This document shows, piece after piece, positions 45,260-54,608 of a stretch of DNA of 64,000 nt. Position numbers and translations under genes: made by a program. How positions within the stretch are numbered: the first letter of the stretch is position 1; the number at the start of each line of letters is the position of its first letter. Below the pieces are notes generated by a model. It made no database searches and had not been told where the DNA came from. It was given only the letters and a program-made list of their open reading frames with translations. Location: positions 1,399-65,398 of the forward strand of contig JAUWZV010000001.1 in assembly GCA_030615105.1 (NCBI GenBank), written 5' to 3'. The DNA comes from Desulfobacteraceae bacterium (GTDB lineage Bacteria; Desulfobacterota; DSM-4660; Desulfatiglandales; B25-G16).

Positions 45260-45721
45260 TTAAAACTCCTCATTCTTATCTATTATAATCTCATAGATCT
45301 CTTCCCTGGATTTTGCGCTCATCAACCGCCACCTAAAATTACCATCTTTTAACATCCTTGATATCTTGGCCAGGGCCTTCAGGTGCATACCAGCTGAATT
45401 CTCAGGTGCAAGCAAAAGAAAGAGAAGATATGCAGGTTTTTCATCTATGGAATCAAAATTCAGGCCATCAGTGCTTCTGCCAAAAGAGATTAGGAGTTTA
45501 TTCAATCCCTTTAATTTTCCATGAGGCAGAGCAATCCCATCGCCTATGCCAGTGCTTCCCAGCCTCTCTCTCTCTAAAAGAACCTGAAGTAAAGACCCTT
45601 TATTTAAAGAAGTCTCCTGCTCGGTTATAATCTGTGTGAGCTCTTCCAAAACCCCTTTTTTATCATGAGCCCTCAGATCAGCGATAATAAACTGTGGTTT
45701 AAGTATTTCTGAAAGTTTCAT
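45260..45721 (-). CDS. ptsN: PTS IIA-like nitrogen regulatory protein PtsN
   Basis: GIGDGIALPHGK motif. Positioned downstream of rpoN-hpf. Confidence 0.8.
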   Translation of the reverse strand: MKLSEILKPQFIIADLRAHDKKGVLEELTQIITEQETSLNKGSLLQVLLERERLGSTGIGDGIALPHGKLKGLNKLLISFGRSTDGLNFDSIDEKPAYLLFLLLAPENSAGMHLKALAKISRMLKDGNFRWRLMSAKSREEIYEIIIDKNEEF

Positions 45722-45739
45722 TCCCTTACCCTTGATTAG

Positions 45740-46282
45740 CTATTTAGTAGAGGTTTCAATAAGACCTAAATTCCCATCTTTTCGTTTGTAGATAACGTTA
45801 ATATTTTTAGATTTAGAATTAGTAAACACAAGAAAATTTCCTTTTGATAACTCCATTTGCATTGCCGCCTCATTTACATCCATAGGTTTTACATCCACTC
45901 TTTCTGTCTTTATTATCTTAGGATCCGATTCATCTTGCCTTTCTTGGGTTTCTATCTCACCATTTAAGAAATCCCCACCTTTAATATCCTCCAATTTATA
46001 TTCCCTTTTTCGAGAGAGCATGCGCCTGAGCTGCACCTCTATCTTATCCATTACCTGATCAATAGACGAATACATATCACCACTCTCATCTACAGCCTTA
46101 ATCTTGTTTCCATCAATAGATAAAGCCACGTCAGCAATGTGCCTAAATTTTTCTACCTTAAGAACAATATGGGCCTCAACAGGAGAATCAAAGTACTTCT
46201 TTACCTTATAAACCTTTTCCTCTACATATGACTTTAATTCTTCTGATGGTTCCATATGCCTAAAAGTAAAAGATATCTCCAT
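45740..46282 (-). CDS. hpf: ribosome hibernation-promoting factor, long form
   Basis: MEISFTFRHMEPSEELKSYVEEK N-domain plus a C-terminal dimerisation domain (FLVFTN...INVIYKRKDGNLGLIE). Confidence 0.85.
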   Translation of the reverse strand: MEISFTFRHMEPSEELKSYVEEKVYKVKKYFDSPVEAHIVLKVEKFRHIADVALSIDGNKIKAVDESGDMYSSIDQVMDKIEVQLRRMLSRKREYKLEDIKGGDFLNGEIETQERQDESDPKIIKTERVDVKPMDVNEAAMQMELSKGNFLVFTNSKSKNINVIYKRKDGNLGLIETSTK

Positions 46283-46421
46283 TCTATCCTCCTTAAAAAA
46301 GATGAATTCTTAACAAAAAAAAATCTGAAAGTCAAACATCGATCCTGACTAGATGTCTTCGTAACCCAAGATCTTAACATTTGTGTCAAGTTTTGCAATT
46401 AAAGCAAGTGCTGATGACTTT

Positions 46422-46592
46422 AAATTCGAAATCCTAAGCACGAAATACGAAACAAATCCGAATTACCAAAATTCCAATGTTCTAAACCATGAGACTTTTC
46501 TTTGAGCAAATAACACTTTGTGATGTTTCGAATTTTGAACATTTGAAATTTAGATATTGTTTCGAGTTTCGATATTCGAATTTAGGATTTTC
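46422..46592. repeat. AT-rich MITE-like inverted repeat between rpoN and hpf
   Basis: Left arm 46422-46488 (AAATTCGAAATCCTAAGCACGAAATACGAAACAAATCC...) is roughly complementary to right arm 46526-46592 (...GTTTCGAGTTTCGATATTCGAATTTAGGATTTTC). Confidence 0.55.
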
Positions 46593-46662
46593 TTACGGCA
46601 TGCCTCGTCGGTTTGACCCCGAGTTTTGCTAACTAAAAAGCTAAAATAATAAATCAGCAAGC

Positions 46663-48111
46663 CTATCTATAAGTATTCTTTCTTTGATTCGATGGAAGGA
46701 TTCTAAGCATCTCCCTATACTTGGCCACGGTCCTGCGGGCTATATCTATATTTGATCGCTTTAAAATATTAACTATCTCCTGATCACTAAAGGGTTTGGA
46801 CTTGTCTTCAGCCCTGATTATCTCCTTAAGCCTCTCCTTAACGCTCAAAGAGGCCACTTTATCCACTCCATCAACTGATTGGATACCACTATTCAAAAAA
46901 TATTTTAACTCCAAAACACCAAAAGGGGTATACATATATTTGTTATTCATGACCCGGCTTATAGTTGATTCATGCATCTGAATATCTTCAGCTACATCTC
47001 TCAAAACCATTGGTTTCAAATGCGCTGCTCCAAACTCAAAAAAGTCTTTTTGTAACTTAACAATGCTCTCTGTGGCCTTATAGATTGTTTTCTGCCTTTG
47101 ATGAATGCTTTTGATAAGCCAGGAGGCGCTCTTTAGCTTATCCCTAATATATTCCCTCGTAGCCCTGGATAGATCATCTTTCTTAACGAGTGTCTCTTTA
47201 TAGAATGCACTGATTCTTAATTTGGGAAGGCCGTCATCATTTAAAACAATGCGGAACTCATCCCCCATTTTATAGACGTAAACATCAGGGGTTATATATA
47301 TAGTTTCCTCATCATTATAGAAACGACCTGGTTTAGGCTCCAAAGAGGCTATAACAGATACAGCATTTAAAACCTCCTCCAATGAAACTTCCAGATTTTT
47401 AGCAATCTGGTGGTATCTTTTTTTCTCCAATTGCTTCAGATGATCAGTCAAGATTTTTTCTACTGTACTCCCCATCAGATTCTGAAAACGTAGCTGAATC
47501 AAGAGACATTCCTTGGTATCTTTTGCCCCGACACCAACAGGATCAAGCTCGTGTATAATATCCAGTACCTTTAAGATCTCCTCTCTTGATCGATGGGTAG
47601 ATAGGATAATATTATCAATAGATGTCTTAAGATAGCCATCAGAGTCAATGTTGCCAATAATGTATCTCCCGATCTCCTTCTGCACTTCATCAAGATCGCT
47701 GAGTTGTAATTGCCACATAAGATGGGAGTAAAGATTTGTTTTAGGAGAAATTAAATTCTCAAAGGATTGTTGTCTGTCTTCTGCACCTTCATTGGGTGAG
47801 CTTGCCCATGCTGTATTATATTCTGAGATGTATGCCTCCCAATCGAAATCATCCCTTAGTGTCTCTTTAATTGTTACCTCTTTTAGGGGCTCTTCTTTGA
47901 TAGATTCTTCTTTCTTTTCCTCTTCTGGCAATCTTTCCTCTGTCTCATCACCTGGAACCTCCTCCAGTAATGGATTGATCTCCATCTCGTGATTCACTGT
48001 CTGACAGAGCTCCAGTCTGGAGAGTTGTAAAAATTTGATGGCCTGCTGCAGCTGGGGCGTCATTATTATCCGCTGGACCATCTTGAGTGATTGTCTAAGT
48101 TCAAGTGCCAT
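46663..48111 (-). CDS. rpoN: RNA polymerase sigma-54 factor
   Basis: MALELRQSLKM...TPQLQQAIKFLQLS N-terminus. C-terminal RpoN box ARRTVAKYRE. Confidence 0.95.
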   Translation of the reverse strand: MALELRQSLKMVQRIIMTPQLQQAIKFLQLSRLELCQTVNHEMEINPLLEEVPGDETEERLPEEEKKEESIKEEPLKEVTIKETLRDDFDWEAYISEYNTAWASSPNEGAEDRQQSFENLISPKTNLYSHLMWQLQLSDLDEVQKEIGRYIIGNIDSDGYLKTSIDNIILSTHRSREEILKVLDIIHELDPVGVGAKDTKECLLIQLRFQNLMGSTVEKILTDHLKQLEKKRYHQIAKNLEVSLEEVLNAVSVIASLEPKPGRFYNDEETIYITPDVYVYKMGDEFRIVLNDDGLPKLRISAFYKETLVKKDDLSRATREYIRDKLKSASWLIKSIHQRQKTIYKATESIVKLQKDFFEFGAAHLKPMVLRDVAEDIQMHESTISRVMNNKYMYTPFGVLELKYFLNSGIQSVDGVDKVASLSVKERLKEIIRAEDKSKPFSDQEIVNILKRSNIDIARRTVAKYREMLRILPSNQRKNTYR

Positions 48112-48131
48112 GGTATATATCTATATAAAAT

Positions 48132-48872
48132 CTATAAATAAAAACCTTCTCCTAAATAAACAGACCTAACTACCTCACTGGCTGCAATCTTTCCAGGTTC
48201 ACCGAACTCGATAATCTCACCCTCATTTATAATGTAAGCAAGATCACAGACATCCAATGTTTCCCTGACATTATGGTCTGATATCAATATCCCCAAATCC
48301 CTTTCCTTAAGCCCTTTAATTATTTGCTTGATATCATTAATAGCCATAGGATCAATGCCTGCAAATGGCTCATCAAGCAAAATAAATTTGGGATTAGTAA
48401 TCAGGGACCTTGTAATTTCCAGTCTTCTCCTCTCACCGCCAGAGAGAGAGTAGGCCTTTTGTTTGGCCAAATGGCCTATGTTCAGCTCAGATAAAAGGGA
48501 CTGAAGAAATTCATCTCTTTCCTGGACTGGTATATTTATAATCTCCATAATAGCTAAAAGGTTTTCCTCAACAGTAAGTTTTCTGAAAACCGATGGTTCC
48601 TGAGAGAGATAATTAATCCCCTGCCTGGCCCTTAAATACATCGGCTCGCGGGTAATATCTCGCCCATCCAAAAATATCTGACCTTCCTTAGTCCTAATCA
48701 AGCCAACTATCATATAGAAAGTAGTGGTTTTACCTGCCCCATTTGGTCCAAGGAGTCCAACAATCTGTCCCCTTTTAACCGATAAATTTACCCTATTTAC
48801 AACTGCCCTCTTCCCATAGAATTTAACAAGATCCTTTACATTTAAAGAACCTCTATTATTTTCCTCTCTCAT
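48132..48872 (-). CDS. lptB: LPS export ABC transporter ATP-binding protein LptB
   Basis: GPNGAGKTT, LSGGERRRLEI, ILLDEPFAGIDP. Positioned directly upstream of rpoN. Confidence 0.9.
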   Translation of the reverse strand: MREENNRGSLNVKDLVKFYGKRAVVNRVNLSVKRGQIVGLLGPNGAGKTTTFYMIVGLIRTKEGQIFLDGRDITREPMYLRARQGINYLSQEPSVFRKLTVEENLLAIMEIINIPVQERDEFLQSLLSELNIGHLAKQKAYSLSGGERRRLEITRSLITNPKFILLDEPFAGIDPMAINDIKQIIKGLKERDLGILISDHNVRETLDVCDLAYIINEGEIIEFGEPGKIAASEVVRSVYLGEGFYL

Positions 48873-48939
48873 CTAAAAATATTCGCCTGTTATTCTTTAG
48901 AGCTAGATTTTTTAATAACCATCTTTGAAAATTCTAAAT

Positions 48940-49043
48940 CCCTGACCCAGAACTGGTTTACAAGGTTTTAGTTATATTGCTTTCACTTCCGAAGTAATAC
49001 AACTACAAGATAATATTCCTGGCAATTCGCGCCAGGGCGGGCC
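48940..49043 (-). repeat. R2 module (reverse orientation)
   Basis: CCCTGACCCAGAACTGG ... GGCAATTCGCGCCAGGGCGGGCC. Confidence 0.5.
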
Positions 49044-49085
49044 TAAGCACCAAACCCTAAACAAACACTCATGCCCATTCTGGGC

Positions 49086-49301
49086 ACCACGAAGGATGAA
49101 AATTAATTCTATTTTCGGACCAAATTCAAAATTTAAATGTCCAAAATCCGAAACTCATTGAAAAAATTTTTACCGAGCCCCCACATCTAAACATGTTTTG
49201 GTCATTTGGATTTTGGTATTTGGTATTGTTTAGAATTTCGGATTTAGGGTTTAGTATTTGCATGTCGAATTTGGTTTAATATTTTCATCCTTCTTTGTGG
49301 C
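49086..49301. repeat. AT-rich MITE-like inverted repeat between lptA and lptB, flanked by CACCACGAAGGATGAAAA / TTTTCATCCTTCTTTGTGGC
   Basis: The arms contain CCAAAATCCGAAAC (49141-49154) and GAATTTCGGATTTAGGG (49233-49249). It is related in sequence style to 46422-46592. Confidence 0.5.
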
Positions 49302-49320
49302 ATGAAAGCACGAAAGGACT

Positions 49321-49956
49321 TCATTCTTTTCCTTTTTCCTCCTTAGGGAATAGAGTGGCCTTGACCCTTTTCGTTTCACCCCCCTCAATTATAATCCGAT
49401 TTTCATTTAAAAATATAATTATACGGTGCCCCTCTACAAAATCTGGACCTTGTTGGATAATAGGATTTTCTGTAAGCACAACCTTGTCCTCATTCTGATA
49501 AAAAACTGCCTTCCCTGCCCGGGCCACACCACCATCAGAGCGATTAATAATAACATCTCCTAAGGCAATAATCTTATCTATCCTGCTGGATTCTACACTG
49601 GATTCATTTTTAGCGGAGTTATCAAGATAGTATACAATCATCTTCTGGCAATTTACCACCATATCTTCTCTTCTGGCCCTGACCTTACCTTCAAATACAA
49701 TTAACCTTTTTTTCTGATCAACCTCAAGGCTATTTGAGTGGATAATAATAGGGCTCTTTGAGGAGATCTTTTTGGATGCCTGGCTTACCCTGTTAGAATA
49801 CCCCTTGTCTGGGGACGGGGCGGATTCACACAGGGTATAATGTCCCCTGTTAAATCTAACAGGGTTTGCTTTAGAAAAGGCGCTGATTTGAGGAGGTACC
49901 AGAAAAACAAAGAATATGATTACACTAAAAGAAAAAATAGAAAGTAAAATCCTCAT
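49321..49956 (-). CDS. lptA: LptA-like (OstA-domain) periplasmic LPS transport protein
   Basis: Signal peptide. A repetitive beta-jellyroll-like sequence (LVFEGKVRA...QKMIVYY...). Positioned between lptC and lptB. Confidence 0.7.
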   Translation of the reverse strand: MRILLSIFSFSVIIFFVFLVPPQISAFSKANPVRFNRGHYTLCESAPSPDKGYSNRVSQASKKISSKSPIIIHSNSLEVDQKKRLIVFEGKVRARREDMVVNCQKMIVYYLDNSAKNESSVESSRIDKIIALGDVIINRSDGGVARAGKAVFYQNEDKVVLTENPIIQQGPDFVEGHRIIIFLNENRIIIEGGETKRVKATLFPKEEKGKE

Positions 49957-50525
49957 CTATCAAAAACCCCACCCATAACGGTTGTACAAACATTTTTCTT
50001 TACTGTAAATTTCTCCCTTTTTAGGTCAATATAAAGACCATTTCCATTGACCTCAAAGAAAGGACCAATTATTTTTATAGATTTATCTGTTTCCACAGAT
50101 TCATCTTTCTGTCTATAGATTAAAAGGCTTGTTTCTATCTGGTAGCCGTTAGCAGACCTCCCAATCACATCCCCTTTTAAGATAATTTTCCCACTCTCCC
50201 TGAAATAATCACCTTCGTTTCCTTTTATGGTAAAAGAGTTCTTTTCAATAGAGTCTAATTTTAAAAAAACATCCTTTAAAGTCACAATCTGCCTTTTGTT
50301 AAAAAAATGGGCCTCTTTTGCCTTAAGCTCCCATTTTCCTTTGCCATTTTTATAATCCTGGCTATATTTGATATCGGAAATTTTAAGGGATTCTCTGGGT
50401 ATCAAATTGGATGTTGTTGAGGAAACCATAACTAAATAGGGTACCTTAAAGAGAAAAAAAGCGGTTATAATTAATAGTAAAAAAATACCTGCTACCGGCC
50501 AAATTATTATAGGAACTTTTTTCAT
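49953..50525 (-). CDS. lptC: LptC-like LPS export protein
   Basis: Single N-terminal TM segment, 190 aa. Its stop overlaps the lptA start by 4 bp (49953-49956). Downstream of kdsA. Confidence 0.6.
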   Translation of the reverse strand: MKKVPIIIWPVAGIFLLLIITAFFLFKVPYLVMVSSTTSNLIPRESLKISDIKYSQDYKNGKGKWELKAKEAHFFNKRQIVTLKDVFLKLDSIEKNSFTIKGNEGDYFRESGKIILKGDVIGRSANGYQIETSLLIYRQKDESVETDKSIKIIGPFFEVNGNGLYIDLKREKFTVKKNVCTTVMGGVFDR

Positions 50526-50682
50526 AAATTATACCAACTAAAATGCCTAATGCCTAAAGTTATAGGTGCCTAAAGTTTAAATAGAAAAAATGATTTGACT
50601 GCTCGAGTTAACATCATTATTTACTTTAAGATAATATTGTGTTTCTCCTCCATAACTTTAGCTCACTTTAGATCACTTTAAA

Positions 50683-50783
50683 CCCTGGCCCAGACCTGAT
50701 CTATAGGTTTAATAGTCTAATTCAAGCACATACTGGCATATAGACTTGATAGGCTGTTTATATCACATCGTACCAGGGCGGGC
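50683..50783 (-). repeat. R2 module (reverse) overlapping the 3' end of kdsA
   Basis: CCCTGGCCCAGACCTG ... CGTACCAGGGCGGGC. The last codons and stop of kdsA (KARPGTM*) are encoded inside the repeat terminus. Confidence 0.55.
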
Positions 50784-51641
50784 TTTAGTCACTTTCTCCC
50801 TAACTAACCGGTGTATTTTCTTAAGTGTATTAAGAAGGGGTTCAACTTGCTCAAATGGAAGAGAATTTGGACCGTCAGAGAGGGCTGAATCAGGATCTGG
50901 ATGGATCTCCAAAAAAACTCCGTCAGCACCAGCGGCTACAGCTGCCCTTGCAAGAGGAGCAACGAATTGTCTCTGCCCACCGGATGACTTACCCCGGCCT
51001 CCAGGTAATTGTACACCATGGGTGGCATCAAAGACAACCGGATATCCAAGATTCTTCATAACAGATAAAGATCTCATATCCACAATAAGGTTATTGTAAC
51101 CAAAGGATGTTCCTCTTTCTGTTAATAAAATGCTGCTATTGCCCCCTGATACAGCCTTTAAAACAACCTGCTCAATATCCCAGGGAGAGAGGAATTGCCC
51201 CTTTTTTATATTTATTGGTAAACGAGTTCTGGCTGCCTCTAATATTAAATCTGTCTGGCGGGATAGAAATGCAGGAATCTGAATAATATCCAAAATCTCT
51301 GCTGCTTTCCCGATCTCACTCACCTGATGTATATCTGATAGAATTGGCAAACCCATGGTATTCTTTACCTCTTTAAGAATCTCCAATCCTTCATTCAAAC
51401 CCGGACCCCTAAAGGACTCGATTGATGTGCGATTGGCCTTATCATAAGAACTCTTGAAGATTACTGGAATTTTCACCCTTTGTGCTAATCCCTTTAAAAA
51501 TCTCGCCACCTTAAGAGTTAGCTCTTTATTCTCTATCACACATGGACCGGAGATCAAAAATAGAGGGCCGTTCCCGCCAACTGTCAAGTCTCCTATCTTT
51601 ACCCGGCTGGATACCTTTATTTTTCCATTTTCAGCAACCAT
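50763..51641 (-). CDS. kdsA: 3-deoxy-8-phosphooctulonate synthase
   Basis: FLISGPCVIE, FKSSYDKANR, IIQIPAFLSRQTDL, FDATHGVQ. Confidence 0.9.
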   Translation of the reverse strand: MVAENGKIKVSSRVKIGDLTVGGNGPLFLISGPCVIENKELTLKVARFLKGLAQRVKIPVIFKSSYDKANRTSIESFRGPGLNEGLEILKEVKNTMGLPILSDIHQVSEIGKAAEILDIIQIPAFLSRQTDLILEAARTRLPINIKKGQFLSPWDIEQVVLKAVSGGNSSILLTERGTSFGYNNLIVDMRSLSVMKNLGYPVVFDATHGVQLPGGRGKSSGGQRQFVAPLARAAVAAGADGVFLEIHPDPDSALSDGPNSLPFEQVEPLLNTLKKIHRLVREKVTKARPGTM

Positions 51642-51742
51642 ACTATTTAGCTTTATAAATACAGTATCTCTGAATTTCTATATCTTATTGAAATCACAGT
51701 ATTTTTAGTAGTGCCTGATTTATGCCGACCACATGGAATGAT

Positions 51743-51846
51743 GGCCCGCCCTGGCGCTACTTGCCTGGAAAAAGCTATTACCGCTTTAACATCTTGTAAG
51801 CGAAGCCTGCAGAATTCCGGTCTTGCAAATCAGGTCTGGGCCAGGG
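51743..51846 (+). repeat. R2 module
   Basis: GGCCCGCCCTGGCGCTACTTGCCTGG ... AATCAGGTCTGGGCCAGGG. Confidence 0.55.
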
Positions 51847-51951
51847 AGTGCCTGCCCTGTTAAATAGGGTTTTATTGAAATATGCCATCATTATGCTCCT
51901 TAGATTGTCTTAAAATATGAGCGTTTAAAAGCTCATATTTAACGGGGTAAA

Positions 51952-52083
51952 AGTACTGGAATAGTGAATAATAAAAATTGAATATTGATAATTGTCAATT
52001 GAATATTAATGTTGGAAATTCACAATTGTCAATAGTCATTCGATTGAACCCATCACTCCAGTATTCCATTACTCCAATTGGGG
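51952..52083. repeat. inverted-repeat element related to 9310-9422
   Basis: CCAGTATTCCATTACTCCAATTGGGG (52058-52083) is the complement of the ATTGGAGTAATGGAGTACTGG motif at 9310. The interior has AATTGTCAAT repeats. Confidence 0.5.
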
Positions 52084-52249
52084 AGAAGCCCCTTAAATTT
52101 TATTTTATTGTTATCCAAAGAAATAATAAAGTCAAGAATCCCTTTTTTATTTTCACAGTTTTAATTTTTTAAAAAACTTTAGATAAACTTCTTCTTGTAA
52201 AGATAAAAGGATTTTCATATAGTGACCACAATTTTGTGAGATTTGTAAT

Positions 52250-53419
52250 ATGGCTAAGCATAAGGTGAAAAAGACAATCGATGAAATAAACAGGCGGATA
52301 AAAGAGGGTAAAGTAGTGGTGGTTACCGCCGAAGAGATGGTAGGCATAGTAAAGGAAAAGGGCCCTGAAAAAGCCGCAAAGGAGATTGATGTAGTTACAA
52401 CTGGAACCCTTTCCCCAATGTGCTCATCAGGAGCCTTTATTAACTTTGGACAGAGTAAACCACCTATCAAGGCATATCAGGTCACCCTAAACGGTGTTCC
52501 TGCCTATGCCGGACTTGCTGCTGTAGATATATATATTGGTGCCTCTGAACCGATCATGGATGATCCATTAAATAAGGTCCACCCAGGTCAGTTCAAATAT
52601 GGTGGCGGACACGTTATCGAAGATCTGGTGTCTGGTAAAAAGGTGGAATTAATAGCTAAGTCTTACACAACAGACTGCTATCCAAGTAAAGAAATAAAAA
52701 AGCAAATAAGACTATCAGATCTACCTTATGCAGTTTTACTCAATCCCAGAAATTCCTACCAGAACTACAATTGTGCTATAAACATGAAGGACGAAACGAT
52801 CTATACCTATATGGGCGTCTTGAGACCTAAGGCCGGTAATGTGAACTATGCAACAGCTGGTCAGCTAAGCCCACTCCTTAATGATCCTTACTGCCTGACT
52901 ATAGGTCTAGGGACCAGGATTTTCCTTGGAGGCACGCAGGGATACATAACATGGGCTGGCACCCAGCACAATCTGTCAGTTAAGAGAGGAAAAAATGGGG
53001 TCCCCTTAGAACCAGGTGCAACATTAATGGTGATGGGCAATTTAAAGGAGATGAATCCACGATGGTTAGTCGGGGTGAGTATTCTTGGGTATGGATGTTC
53101 CTTAGCTGTAGGTATGGGTTTACCGATTCCAATCCTCAATGAGGATATGGCAAGGTACACAGGTGTCTCTGATGAGGATATCTTCACCCAGATTATTGAT
53201 TATGGAAAAGACTATCCCCAGGGAAGGGCCAAAAGTCTCGGCGAGGTAAGCTATGCGGAATTGAAAAGCGGGACAATAACCCTGAATGGCCAGAGTATAC
53301 AAACCGCGCCAATGTCCTCTTATGTGAGGGCTAAAGAGATTGCGGAGATCCTTAAAGAATGGATTCAAACAGGTCATTTCTATCTTAGTCATCCTCAGCA
53401 CCTCCTCAAGAATATGTAA
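52250..53419 (+). CDS. DUF39 (COG1900) homocysteine-biosynthesis-type protein
   Basis: KTIDEINRRIKEGKVVVVTAEEM N-terminus and overall pattern typical of the methanogen-type DUF39 family, recalled from memory. No fused ferredoxin domain. Confidence 0.7.
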   Translation: MAKHKVKKTIDEINRRIKEGKVVVVTAEEMVGIVKEKGPEKAAKEIDVVTTGTLSPMCSSGAFINFGQSKPPIKAYQVTLNGVPAYAGLAAVDIYIGASEPIMDDPLNKVHPGQFKYGGGHVIEDLVSGKKVELIAKSYTTDCYPSKEIKKQIRLSDLPYAVLLNPRNSYQNYNCAINMKDETIYTYMGVLRPKAGNVNYATAGQLSPLLNDPYCLTIGLGTRIFLGGTQGYITWAGTQHNLSVKRGKNGVPLEPGATLMVMGNLKEMNPRWLVGVSILGYGCSLAVGMGLPIPILNEDMARYTGVSDEDIFTQIIDYGKDYPQGRAKSLGEVSYAELKSGTITLNGQSIQTAPMSSYVRAKEIAEILKEWIQTGHFYLSHPQHLLKNM

Positions 53420-53508
53420 ATAATTCCAATTAAGAATTCTTAAACAAAGGAGAACAAGGCTTCTCCACTCATGCCAAATATTTCCTGCCAGAAAAACAAG
53501 GATTTTAT

Positions 53509-54312
53509 ATGTCAGTGACTAAAAATAGGAAGCTGAAAAATATTTTAGATGCCATGGGATCTGTGCTTATCGCCTTTTCAGGCGGTGTTGATAGCACCCT
53601 CCTCCTTCATGTAGCCTCCGAAATACTGAAAGAAAAGGTAAAGGCAGCTACCTTCATCTCCCCAATCTTTCCAAAGAATGAAATTGTCAGGGCAGAAAAT
53701 TTTACCAGTAGATTAGGGATAAATCATATAAAGATCAAATTTGATATACTTTCCAATAAAGATTTTCTTAAGAATGATGGCATGAGGTGTCATTTCTGTA
53801 AACTAACAATGATTAAGGAGTTAAAAAAAGAGGCAAAAAAGTGCGGCCTTGAATATATAATCGATGGGAGCAATCTTGACGACATGAAAGATTACCGGCC
53901 TGGTCTGAAGGCAGCACACAAATCAGGCATAAGAAGTCCCTTGCTGGAGGCTGGCTTTACAAAAGAAGATATAAGAAAAGAGGCGAAAGAAAGGAAGATA
54001 GACCTCTGGAATACGCCATCTTCTGCGTGCCTGGCCTCAAGGATTGCCTTTGACACGTATATAAAGGGAAAAGACCTATGCATGATAGAGAGAGGGGAAG
54101 AATTTTTGCATCAGCTTGGTTTTAGAGAAGTAAGGGTACGCTATCATCCTCCTATTGCCAGGATCGAGGTCTCAAGGGAAGAGATTTTACGATTGGCAGA
54201 ATTACCTATCAGAGATAAAGTGGTTGAGAACCTTAAGGAACTCGGTTTTAAATATATCACCCTGGATCTTTCTGGCTACAGGACTGGAAGTATGAATGAT
54301 CTACTTTCTTAA
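53509..54312 (+). CDS. PP-loop ATP-utilising enzyme, LarE/TIGR00268-like sulfur transferase
   Basis: AFSGGVDSTLL PP-loop. C-terminal LGFREVRVRYHPPIARIEV is typical of this family. Confidence 0.75.
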   Translation: MSVTKNRKLKNILDAMGSVLIAFSGGVDSTLLLHVASEILKEKVKAATFISPIFPKNEIVRAENFTSRLGINHIKIKFDILSNKDFLKNDGMRCHFCKLTMIKELKKEAKKCGLEYIIDGSNLDDMKDYRPGLKAAHKSGIRSPLLEAGFTKEDIRKEAKERKIDLWNTPSSACLASRIAFDTYIKGKDLCMIERGEEFLHQLGFREVRVRYHPPIARIEVSREEILRLAELPIRDKVVENLKELGFKYITLDLSGYRTGSMNDLLS

Positions 54313-54608
54313 CCCTACCCGCCATAAGCGGATCATCCTTGCCCTATGAGGTCCATATTTCACCGGGGTTCAACTACTCTACCGTTGCGAGGATTAAAAT
54401 ATTTCATAGACTTAAATCACAATTACTTAATTTATGAATATTAGTTGACATTTGCTTGAATATTCAATAGTTATTTTTAGTGATCACAATTTAACCATCA
54501 AAATGGCTCTTGATTGGAAATTATAAAATATTAAAAAAAATGCCAGTGCGATATCTGCCTTATTATATCCTTACTTAGATATAAAGGATTAATTTAAGGA
54601 GAATAGAC

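Noticed and set aside
50746-52470. Track ORFs 50746..51099, 50855..51061, 51454..51708, 51978..52172 and 52153..52470
   Set aside because: They are either antisense to kdsA or to the DUF39 gene, or they run through repeat DNA. No RBS or domain signal.
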